A stretch of DNA of 63,800 bases, the filler included, from Phoronis australis (taxonomy: Eukaryota; Animalia; Phoronida): NCBI GenBank assembly GCA_002633005.1. It is 5 parts of 5 records of this genome, joined end to end, with 100 filler letters (N's around TTAATTAATTAA, not from the genome) between each part and the next. Parts side by side here need not be neighbours in the genome. Positions count along the whole stretch, not along the records: positions 21,262 to 53,174 come from NMRA01000051.1; positions 53,275 to 62,251 come from NMRA01000023.1; 3 more parts are not named here. One strand, written 5' to 3'. Under the pieces are notes generated by a model. It saw only the letters and a program-made list of their open reading frames with translations. It did not search any database and was not told the origin of the DNA. A program made the translations under genes and the position numbers. Positions 48,301-59,408 of the stretch are shown in pieces (positions within the stretch are counted from its first letter, which is position 1; the number at the start of each line of letters is the position of its first letter).

Positions 48301-51300
48301 TTGAAAGAGCACCAAAAGTTAGATTTAGGTACTTGAGGCAGAGCCTATGAGGGCTTGCAACAGGGATGGGGGGTGCTAGTGATGGTGACTGTGGGGTAAT
48401 TTCCGCTCATCCCCTTAAATTCCCATCAGAAGGCATTGGCACCTTTCCCGTTGGGTGACTGAGGGCCCTATGATATCCAGTAATCATCAATGAAGGGAAA
48501 TGTGAGATCATAGAGTCCAGAACTAATGTTGCTGTTACTAAAATCTCTAAAGAACAAGCTGTAATATTCTATCCATTCACTGAACAAGAGCAACGCGGAG
48601 CGTTGAAATGCGCCCACGAATGCATCGCAAATGGTGTGCTTTTAGGGGTTTTGTTTGTATCATCGAAATGGCCACTAGATGGTGCAAAATACATAGAACC
48701 CGTCTGAAAACCAGAAAATGTCATTGTTTCTTTAAAAGAAAGCCATTTACCAAATTTCATTAAAATTCGTCAGGGAACTTCAGAGAAACACAGGAAAACA
48801 AAAAAATAAAATTGCCACTAGGGGGGCCCAGTGTTCGTCAGTTCCGTCTAAAAGTCATCATCTTCTCTTGTTAACTTCATATAAATACACGTGCTAAATT
48901 TAATAAAGATCCTGCAGAGGGCTTAGGAGATACAGGTATGGGTGCAAAAAAAAGGAGGCACCGCAGTACTCAAAGTCATCGGAAAATCATCGTAAACCAT
49001 CCCCTTCATAGAAAGAACATACATGCCAACTTTCAATCATCCTTAGAGTGGTTTGGTTGACAGAGGGATGGACGCCAAAAAACAAAATGTAAACAACAAA
49101 AATGGCCACTAGGTGAGGCAAACTACAAATCCATCTGAAAACAGGAGGATAGCGTCATCTCACTAATAGATGTCTATGTGCCAAATTTTATGGAAATCCG
49201 TTGAGGACCTTTGAAGATACCGAGGTAAACGTAAAAAACTAAAATTGCTACTAGGGGGCACACCGGTACACCGATCTGTCCGAAAGTCGTCGTCCGTTGT
49301 CACCTTCGTATATATATATATTTAATATAGATCCTGTAGAACGTTTAGGAGATACAGGCATGAGCGCAAAAACAAACAAAACTGCCATTAGGAGGCACCA
49401 CAGTAGTCGAAGTCGTCAGAAAATCATCGTCAACAGTCTTCCTATAGTAAGAACATACATGCCAATTTTCACAATCATCCTTAAAGTGATTTGATTGTTA
49501 TAGGGGCGGACGCCAAAAAAAAAATGACTTGAAAACAGTAAAAAAATGGCCAATAGATGGTGCAAAATGCCTCGAATCCATACGAAAACAAGAGGATAGC
49601 GTCAACTCATTAATAGATGCCTATGTACTAAATTTCACGAAAATCGGTTGAGGACCTTTGAAGACACAGAGGCAAACATAAAAAATTAAAATTGCCACTA
49701 GGGGGCACAGTGGTATTCGGGTCGGTCCGAAATTGTCGCCCTCTGTTGTCAACCCCATAGGAACACACTTGCCAAATTTCAAAAAGATCTTGCAAGGGGT
49801 TTAGGAGATACAGCCGCGGATGCCGGACGACCAGACCGAGATGACGGCAATATGCAACCAAATATAAATATGTGGGCGCATAAAAAATCCTATTAGCATT
49901 TCATAATCTTAACTGTGTAGAAAGTAAGTTTCCATCGTGATCATGTGCAGTAGTAGTATTGTGTACATTGACATGCAAGTCTCTACCTGACAATCAGCTG
50001 GCAAACCCGTTTTTCTACGAATAAATGTCTGCAGTTGAGATATGGAGACTCTGGCAGAAACCCTTATGAACTTCTTGCTCAGAGGTTTGCAGTGTTGTTG
50101 ACTAGTAGACCTGAAACATCAAATCAGCTTTAAACAAGAGACTTGAAAATTTGCACAGTCAGGTACTAGGAGTATACTTGACAAAAATACTTGTGGCCAA
50201 ACCAAAAAACTTTCATGAATTTCAGAGGAAATTTACATCAAACTCGTATCATCTTCAGTGTCATCTTTCTAATGAACAAACAATTTGATTCCTGTACATA
50301 CTAGGTAATTCAGTGAGGGCGCATCTGTGAATTTTCCCATTCATCATCGCCAGCCAAATAGAAAAACAGACGTAAATTTGAATTTGACTTTTGTTTCTGA
50401 AAATGCCATCTACCAAATATGCATCCAAGTGTGTCTACAGAAACTAAAAAAATATGGCTTTGCATGTTAACCAGTGTTGAGGCATACCAGGATATAAATA
50501 TTAACTGTATTTCACCATATCCTATACTAACCAAACTGCAGTTGTATTCATGGATAATTTGAAAACACAAAAACAAAATTTACCAACGGACATTTGCACA
50601 GAACACATTCCTCGCTGTAACACATTACCTACATTATGCACAGTGACGGTATTCCAGCACGACATCGCAGTTCTTACTGCCTTATATTTATTAAGGACAG
50701 TGCTTCGAAGCTCTTGCAGAAAGAAGGTCATTCAGTAACGACATCTAACAATCGGCAGCGCTCGTCAAAGCACTTTCCTTAATTTACGCAAGGCTGAATG
50801 CAGGACAGTGACTTGCGGCAGTTTTCCATTACACTTGTTCTTAAAGGGACATTATTGGCGAGAAAATGAATTTTCTGAGATCAGTCTCAGCACAGAATTG
50901 AACTTGCAACTCTCGCAAACACAGCAAAATGCTCTGCTGGCAGCACTAAAACCCAACTTGATAGCGAAACAAGTGATAAGCAATCAAATTCCACTTAAAA
51001 CAAGAGATTTGTCATAAAATAAAAGAATATGAATTACCGCCATGAAGTATTGCCAAAACATACATGGGCGGCGCAGCACTGAAGAAAGTGGGGGTTCTAA
51101 AGCCCCCCCACAGCCACCCTGTGGTGCACCACTTATAGACCATGGGCGTGGTAGCACTGAGAGAAGTGGGGGGGCCATAGCCCCCCCCAGCCCCCTATGG
51201 TGCGCTGCCCATGACATACCAATAATTAAGAACATTCCCCGTCTTTGAAACAGAAAGTTATTAAGTTTAGACTACAGCCTTGATTATGTATATGACAACA

Positions 51301-52716
51301 GAGGGCACCACGTAGAAGAGATGCAATCAAACAAATTTTTCAATTACACACTCTCTTGTATCTAAACCAGCCACATCTTCTGAAAAAACCTTGCTCACCC
51401 AGCAAACTCCAAAACCAATGACACCAAGTGTTCAGAATGCAATGGTCGTTTCTTCTTTTTCTTTAGTGTTTTTCTTTCTCCTTTAATAAACAAAATAGGC
51501 AAAACTGTGACCACTTTACACAATTAGGCAAACCAAACAAAATCAGTGTAATTAACAAATGCTGGTGGGGCATCATGTAACAGAAACAGCTCGAGGTCTC
51601 TTGCTCAATAACCTCAGTCAGTGTATTGAAGGAACCTCAATAAACCCTTAATTCATCAAAATCCAAAAACTGCATGTACAGTGGTGCCCCCTTACTGTCT
51701 TACTGGACCAAAGAATATCTTAGTTGTCATGTCAAAAACGAATCACTTCCCATTCAACACATATAAAATGATCCACATAATGTTACAAATTTATCGTTAA
51801 ATTCCCAAATAAGGACATTGAAAACCAGCAAAAGTCGATACTCAGGCACTAATAAAATAAGTTTGCTTTTCTTACTAAAAATAAACTTACTACAGCTTCA
51901 ATTCATATGCATTATCTGAACTCAGCGCCGGTCGCAAAAATTAGTTGTTTTCTGCTGAGCCATCTTCCTCTCAGAGACGCACTAAGACTATTTCATAGAG
52001 GAATGTTTTATTGGTTCAACTAGCATCACGGAATTAATATACTATCATGAATAACACGTGTAGTAACTAGATATCCGGCAGTGGTCAATGTGAAAGGTAA
52101 TCAAATTTCAGAAACGTTCACACCTTTATTTACATGAAAACTCACCTATAAGTATCATACACCAATGACTGTTACTGTACAGAAATTTTTCACTTACTTA
52201 GCAGAAAATATGGCCGAAATTCCATTTTGACAAATTTCTCCAAGAAAAGAAAAATCTAGTCACTAGGCTAGCTTGCACTGTGTAGATGTTATAACACAAC
52301 GGTTGGCGAAGTTTCCAGTATTTGTGGCGAAGTAACCGGCCTTTGAAGAATGGAAAAATGACTAATTTAGCAATTGTTTTTGTGCAATATAACTGGAAAA
52401 TTCCCGTCTCGTCTTAGCCAGCTCCACTTAGCATGATCAGCTTTAGATAGTGGTTACACTCTCTGCCAAGTGGAAGCCCGCTTTAACTGGAATATCCCAC
52501 TTAATATCACAATTTACGTAAAAATCAATAGTATGATATGAAGCAGGCTCCACTGTATAACAAAATATAATATGATAGGTCACCCGAGTGAAAAACTTAT
52601 TTTCAATTTTACAATTACATCTTATCTGCTTTCTTTCTTAATGTAAAATATCATACCTTTACCTGGGAATGGCAGACCCCTGTCCTTATAAAAATCAACC
52701 TCACGCCTGTATTCCT
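45357..52716 (-). CDS. PCGF6: Polycomb group RING finger 6-like gene, 3' exons 52716-52663, 51480-51399, 50110-49987, 47221-47138, 45425-45357 (RING exons not seen)
   Basis: GT-AG exons with consistent phases (1,1,2,0,0). Translation: EYRREVDFYKDRGLPFP / GERKTLKKKKKRPLHSEHLVSLVLEFAG / STSQQHCKPLSKKFIRVSARVSISQLQTFIRRKTGLPADCQ / IGVFVETALIHEKATIQYLLDNIPDLEE / DGLIVLHYGILDSTVQSLFNSL*. This matches the recalled PCGF6 RAWUL motifs (DFYKERGL, SLLLEFIG, KPLEKKFVRVS, FLRRKMGL, DGLLVLHYG). Confidence 0.85.
46354..46560. repeat. Tandem duplication of about 105 bp
   Basis: GTGTCAAAAGTCAGACAATAATTC...GGTGACT..AAATTTTAAA.TAxCTAAC occurs twice, at ~46354 and ~46459. Confidence 0.75.
47807..47867. repeat. 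(CA)n / (CACAGA)n microsatellite
   Basis: Directly visible. Confidence 0.9.
48583..49887 (+). mobile_element. Helentron-associated (HINE/DINE-1-like) element with an internal array of ~145-bp subunits and a ~435-445-bp higher-order period
   Basis: Starts AACAAGAG followed by a short hairpin and ATGCGCCC; ends GGGCGCATAAAAAA (subterminal inverted repeat). Each subunit carries a GCCACTAG(G/A)(G/T)GG-like motif. Confidence 0.65.
51063..51213. mobile_element. MITE with CATGGGCGGCGCA TIRs, two ~78-bp units and a 5-bp TSD (ACATA)
   Basis: ACATA at 51058-51062 and 51214-51218. Same family as 17823-18299. Confidence 0.75.
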
Positions 52717-53277
52717 CTGCCAAAAACAAAACATCCTCATTTAAGCACACTTTATCACACAAACAAATGCTGCAGAAGAACAATTTGAAAATAATGCCAT
52801 AGTCTGAACACAGAGGATATATTTCTGATGGTCAAACCTGTAACAAGTTAATAATTTGGAGTTGTGCATGTTAGCAGGAAGAGATAACCAGGAAGGGACA
52901 ACTGTTTTAGCGCATTTTAACGTATTTTCAAAGGTGATTTCAAAAGTAAATGTTAAAGTAGTCTGGAATCCAAGCATTGTGTTTGAAAGCTTAACCCTTT
53001 AGCTATAAAATGACACCACTTTTGTCCCCAAAGACTTCATATTAATGGCACTGGGATGCTTTGAACATGACTTGTTTTACCCTTCCAAAAGATGCCTCTT
53101 CCCAGGCATGTACTCGGGCATGATCCTCTTTTTTGAACCAACAGATGTCACTAATATATGCAAATGAGGCTCGCNNNNNNNNNNNNNNNNNNNNNNNNNN
53201 NNNNNNNNNNNNNNNNNNTTAATTAATTAANNNNNNNNNNNNNNNNNNNNNNNNNNNNNNNNNNNNNNNNNNNNATT

Positions 53278-53480
53278 TTGTCCGTTGACCGTGTTTGGCG
53301 GTCCGTTAACCGTGTTTCCTCGTGAATATGAGTCCGTGTCCCGTATATTTGGGTGCGTGGATCGTGTTTTGTGAGTCCGTTCCCGTGTTTGTGAGTCAGT
53401 GGAAGGTGTTTGCCGGTCCGTGAGTCGTGTTCATGCGTCCGTTCCCGTGTTTTTGAGTCCGTTGACCGTGTAGTTTGTTT
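53278..53480. repeat. Degenerate short tandem array (GAGTCCGTT[GA/CC]CCGTGTTT, ~18-20 bp)
   Basis: Recurrent TCCGT...CGTGTTT units are directly visible next to the spacer. Confidence 0.7.
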
Positions 53481-55508
53481 GTTCGGGGTGACAAAGAACA
53501 GTATGCTTTTGACGAACTTAAACGCAGGTGCACGAGTAGTCCGGTGCTGGCATTTGCTGACTTTAAGCAGCCATTTTCCGTGCACATTGACGCCAGTATG
53601 ACGTCGTTAGGTGCCGTGTTATATCAGGAGTCGGAGGGTTTGAATAGACCTTTGCGAGTCGTTGTACTGTAATTCGAACTTCGGCGCTGACGTGCCAAGT
53701 CAAGAATAGTGTGATCATGGCCAGACTTTGCTTTGTGGAGTTACGACACGGAGTGGGTTGGACACTTCGTCGTCATTCCCTACCCTACGAAACACCGAAT
53801 TAGTGAATTTACAACGTAATGATGTTATTCTTGGTGGCGTGAAGGAATGCTTGCGAGCAAAACGTAAGCCTGGTGACAGTGCAAATAGCGGTGTACGGAA
53901 ATATTTGAAGTATTGGAATGATCTGTACTTAGATCGGTGAATGCTGTTCATTAAAAGGGACTCGTCAGTTGATAATGAAGTTGTTAGTATGTTGGTTGTG
54001 GCACAATCGCTACGAAATGTAATTATGGTGTCTCTATACATGATGCAGCTGGGCACCAAAGGTATGAGAGAACATTTGCTTTGATTAGCAATCGTTACTT
54101 TTGGGCAGGGATGCAGAAAGATGTGGCAATTTATTGCAAATCATGTGCCAGGTGTCAAATTTCTAAGGTTCCATACAAGAAACCGAGGACGATCATGAAT
54201 CACTTGACTGCCTGCAGACCCAATGAAGTGTTAGCCGTTGATTTTACTGTTCTAAAACCTCCGTTGACGTTAGGGAAAACGTCTTAGTGATGACTGACGT
54301 ATTCACAAAGTTCACGCAGGGTGTTGTGACACGCAATCAAACTGCCCTGACTGTTGCCAAGGTTTTGACTGAGCAATGGTTCAACAAGTTCGGTATCCCG
54401 GACAGGATTCATAGCTACATGTATCAGGGTCGCAATTCTGAAAGCAATCTGGTTAAACAGTTGCGTAAATTATATGACATTCAGAAATCCCGTACAACCC
54501 CATGTCATCCTGAGGGAAATTCACAATGTGGGCGTTTTAATCGCACATTGCATAATCTGTTGCCAATTGATCACAAGCGTTTATGGCCGGAGTATGTGCA
54601 TGATCTGGTGATGTCATATAATTCTACTCGACACAGCACTACTAAGTACTCTCCGTTTATTTTGTTCTTTGGTAGGGAACCGAAAAATTTCCTTCGGATT
54701 TTCTCCTGCGTGTTTATGCAGCAAATCTGGCAGATGGTTGCACAGACGAGTATGTAAAGTTAAGAGCAGATAAAATGAAAGCCGCTTGGCAGCGCGTGCT
54801 CAGTATTTTACTGACACTTCTTATGACAGAACTAAAGCTAGAAATGATACACGTGTGTTCGCCAATCACTTCCGGTTGGTGCAACGGTACTGAGAGACCA
54901 CAGGGAGGAATAAAATTCAGAATGCATTTGTTTCAGTTCCTTACCGTATTGTCTCTCGGAGAAACAATGTGTATTCTGTGCGGGCGGCAGATGGTACCGG
55001 ACCAATAAAAACTGTAAATAGGTCGGAGATCTTATATGGTAGGGACTTGGTTGGTCTGTAGTTTTTTGAGTTTTGCTGCTGTTGCGAGCGGGCAACGCGT
55101 TGCTGTGCTGAAAGTGGAATGTGCGTTGCGATGTCTAGCCAGTGCGAGGAGACTGAATGATTTCCATTTCACTGCGTTTTGTTTTCATATTGTTTGTTAA
55201 TGATGTCGGGACGACATTTGTTGCCAGGGGGGAGAATGTGAGGGTACATTTATTGTTATGCTTATTTAGTTGTTGTTCATTTATTCTTTTGCTAATGTTT
55301 TTGTTGCGTCTCAGTACGCCTTTGTTACTTGGACATGCGGGCGTGACAGTATGTGTCGGGCACTTCGCTAGCGATAGGCTTAGGAGAAGGGTGTTTTCTT
55401 CCTTTGTCTACATGAAATTGATCGTTATCATGTGTAACTGAACTGAAACGTATGCCTGACAAGGCGAAATACACATTTTTGATGTTAAGTGGAGACTTTA
55501 TCTGTTAC
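53480..55508 (+). mobile_element. Decayed Gypsy pol (RT-RNaseH connection, integrase) with PPT and 3' LTR
   Basis: AFDELKRRCTSSPVLAFADFKQPFSVHIDAS..LGAVLYQ; H..AGHQ..ER, RYFWAGM...CKSCARCQ; VLAVDF, DVFTKF, FGIPDRIHS, TTPCHPEGN. PPT AGGGGGGAGAA, then TGTGAGG at 55237. The LTR end is approximate. Confidence 0.88.
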
Positions 55509-55817
55509 AATTATTAACATTTTAGTTTATTTAAATTCATTAGAAGGGGTGTATATTAAATTGGAAAACTAAACATAAGCTAATATTAGTAGTCAAGAGT
55601 TAATTGAATTCATACTCTGGAAACCAGGTGCTCATACTATTTTATGATTTAGGGTTGCTTGAATTCGTTAGGAAGGGTGGTTTTCACAACCTCGCTTCTA
55701 TCTGTTTATAACATAATAAATGCCATTTTCTCATTGTAAAATGACGCATTGATTTCGATTTCTAATATTTTCCCTTTTACCAATTTTCAACACTCTATTT
55801 ACAGCATTCACTTCTAG

Positions 55818-56635
55818 TTAATGGAATGGGTCAGTGGGGTATCCAAATGCTTTGATATCCGTAAAAAACAACGTTCTCAGCCCTTCAATTCTCTTTTTGG
55901 GCACAGAGCGATAATAACGAGCTGTCATGCTTGCTGTCCGACCTTCATGCTTTCGTGAAGGCGGAGGAAAGCGAATTGACGAATTCGCATGTTTCAAGAT
56001 GTAATTAGCATCCTCGGAAAGTGTTTCAAGATTGCCTATATAATCATACATAATTTCACAGGGGTGGCAAAGCTTATCGTACCATGTCCAGTGATTTGCC
56101 ATGCCAAATCCATTCGAAAATTCCATACTGTTAGGTTCTTCCAGCAAAAAACGCACAAAACTGTCGAAATCCCCTACAGTCACATGTTTGCCATCCTTAG
56201 AATACTTTCGTTGGACTACTTTTGCTGATCTCCAAGATCTAAAAGCTGGTGTTAATTGACTGTTATTTTCAAATTTATGACGAAAGACCGACACAAGTCG
56301 TTGCCATGGGTTGCGGACGAACATGAATTTCGAGTACGTCTTGAGGATCTCCTTTGTTTTTCTCCTGTTGTACGATGACAGCTTTCGTAACTTACCCAAG
56401 TGGTCGTGGACTTCCCCAGTTATATTAAGGCCTCTCAATTCTAAAAATACGGAAATCCAATTTGTGCTTGCAACTTTAGGAACTTGGCAATAAAGTAACT
56501 TGTGTTTATCATCCACAAAAACAAAACGGCCTAAATTTGCGTAAGTCTTTTTTGTGTAGTTTTTGGCGCAGTATTCGCGTAAGTGGCGTCTTCTTTCTTG
56601 AAACCTTTGCAGCACAGTCTCATCATCCCGGTATC
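55818..56635 (-). CDS. Carbohydrate sulfotransferase (Sulfotransfer_2, CHST8-14/CHST11-like) catalytic terminal exon; TM exon not located
   Basis: 5'-PSB motif YCQVPKVASTNW, 3'-PB motif KFMFVRNPWQRLVS, plus NHW...LCHPC.I.YDYIG.LETL.ED and D...FGY. Acceptor TTTTTATCTTTCAG| at 56636. Confidence 0.9.
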
Positions 56636-57744
56636 CTGAAAGATAAAAATGGCATTGGATTGCGGCTAATTGACACACGTACGTGTAAGGGCATCTGATG
56701 GACTATGTATTGTGTTGTACCATTGCTGAAGACGTGGTTGTCAGGCACATTATTGAGTGATCCCTAGTTTCTGTCCAACCGTCTGCACAGTAGAGTAATT
56801 TTTGAACAGACAAGACAGAAACGAATATCAATTATCAGGAATAGAATCTAGTTAGCATCACAATGGTTAGATAGGATCGTTCTTGGAAAACACACTCGGA
56901 ATTCGAAGAAATGGAATCCACATGGCCGCTATTTGCGACTGGGCTTTGACAGTGAGGGTAAAACCTTCGGTTCTAGAATTATAATATGTGACAAATGTAC
57001 ACATTTCTTGACACTAAAGTGGCTAAAAATTCAAAAGCTAGACATCTCAGGTTTGAAATCATGACTGTCCGCAGACAACAAGCTAAATCAGAAGTTTCGA
57101 GGTTTTCCCGTTCCCGATAAAATAAGTTTTGGTTTTCAAAGATTGCGCTGCATGTGACTTTGCTTGGATAGCTCATCGTCGAGACTAGGTGCTAATTTCA
57201 GCCTGAGCCTCTTTTGTATCGCGATTAGTAGTAAAATGGCTCAAATAACTTAGCAACGAGGCATGTACTCTCAAAAATGAAGACAGTGACATGTATTTAG
57301 TATTAGAACTAAACGGCTAAAAATTCGAAGAAAATAACAGAATACACTCTGCTATCGTATTAGGCAAATGGCCATACGACAAGCTTTTGCCCCACTTCCC
57401 GTTACGTCTCACATAATCTCGCTTTACTGTTATAAACTCGCAAAAGGACTGGTTAATTAGTACTGTTTCGACAGTACAAGGCTTGTAAGCCCTATCAGCT
57501 CTGTACTGTCAAAACTGTGGTTCGCACTGCTCATTGATGGCAGTGCCTTCTTGCGGTGCGGTGTTGGTACAAAATTTGTACTATACAACTAAAAGCAAGA
57601 GGAGGTGCTGAAAGCAAATTAGAGAGCTTACTTATTTAAGCAACAGATGGCGTCCATTCACACCGGTTTTCGCCTCAGCCTTAAAACCAATCTTAGTGGC
57701 AAATTTAAAAACTTCTTGAAATTGAGTTGTTTTACTACACTGTA

Positions 57745-57815
57745 TACTACTACTATTAGTGCTATTAATACTACTACTACTACTACTACTGCTTTTGTTA
57801 CTATTATTACTACTT
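57745..57815. repeat. (TAC/TAT)n microsatellite
   Basis: Directly visible. Confidence 0.85.
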
Positions 57816-58184
57816 ATTCTGAAGACTTTAGAGGTAAGAATGTTTGGCTAAATATTGCAGTTGTGGTAACTGTATAAGTTTGTTCCAAATTCAATTTCAA
57901 GAAGAATGATAACGGCCACACAGCCCACAGGTCTGCATCAAAAGTTTATACTTGTATGAAAAGTAACCATTCAAAATTGGCTTCCAACCAAACCAATTAT
58001 TTGCATAGGCGGATTAAGGGGGGGCAGGGGGCCCAGGACCCCCCCCCCTTGGCTACCGCACAAAAAATAAAACAGCAAGAGCGTAGGGAAATGTTGAGTT
58101 TATTCATTAACACCGCTAATTAACATTATACGGCGGAAACAAGATTGAAATGTGTGCAGATTTAGTGTGTTTGGTGGGAGTGGG

Positions 58185-58745
58185 GGGGGGGGTCAGATCC
58201 AATTTCAAGTGTCAAATTCGGAACACGGCTTAATCATAAGGGAACTATGCCTAAGTATAGGCACTCCCGCGATATCCCAGGCGACCGGCAGTGGCGCCGC
58301 GCACTACGACTCCGTTTCCATTGTCTGCTTTACTGTGCAATGAAGAAAATTACTTCATTTTTTAAGGACAATGGAATCTGAGTGACAATGAAAAACAGTA
58401 GCTTCTGATAAGATGTGAATTTTAATCGAAGCCTTATTGAATCACTCAGAACCTCATAATTCTCTCTTTGTCAAACCTTAAGACGATTTCCAAAGCAATC
58501 GCGTCATTAATGCCAACACAAAATAACGGATTTGGTCTTTTGGTCATTTGAAGACTATTTTAAATGAAACAAATTTGCTACGAACTGATTACACAAACTA
58601 TCAAAAGTGTAATAAACATTACAAAAAGAAGTAGGTTTCGCGCGAAAAGGCTGTGGACCATAAGCAAGTAGGTCTCTTAGTATAAACTTACGAGTGAAGT
58701 TCGTGGTGGTGTAGTGGTGAAGCGAGTGAGTTCGAGTCTGTGGTA
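58185..58745 (+). mobile_element. Dispersed repeat with tRNA-like cassette (copy 2, 3'-truncated, cassette internally deleted)
   Basis: Homologous to 16920-17490. Reads TGGTGTAGTGG ... GAGTTCGAGTC. Confidence 0.8.
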
Positions 58746-59408
58746 AATGGGGCTATTCGGAAATCTACACTAACTAGAGGGCGCGCGTGTACTAGTGGTG
58801 ATAGATTAACAGCCTCGATTTTGCAAGCCCATTAAATACATGGTGAAATGGCTTGCAGCCGTGCCAACTGAATCAGAGATTGCTGTGTGGAATGAATTGG
58901 GAGAGCAAAAGTGATAACTGGTTCGTGTAAGGTTAAAAGAACAACTGATTTTATTTGCACGGAAACTACAATATAATAATACAGTCATGCAGCCACGTGT
59001 AGTAATCACGTGGTACGAGTAGGAGGAGTTAAACTAACCAATAGTATTAAACGTGTAGGTGGGCCCAAATAAGGCACAATTCTCAGAATAGATAAAATCA
59101 TCAAGAAGTCATTCTTGACAATTGCGTAAAAAGGGTGCTTCTATGAGAGGAAGTAAGCACGACCTCATACAAAGGTAAGGTTTGTGATTATTTTAACGAT
59201 TATTCCGTTTTTATTCTACCGATGCCTGTTAACTGAGGCACTCGCCGACGTCGACTTCGCGGCACGGTCAGTCGCCAGCCAGAGTCTGGTTAATCTTTGT
59301 TTGTTGTGATATGTGATACGATACTTGACGCAGCAATCGGGATCTTTTCGTACATCAAAGCATTATTATTATTTGAAATTTTTTCTAAAAGTTTATCACT
59401 GACAGTTA

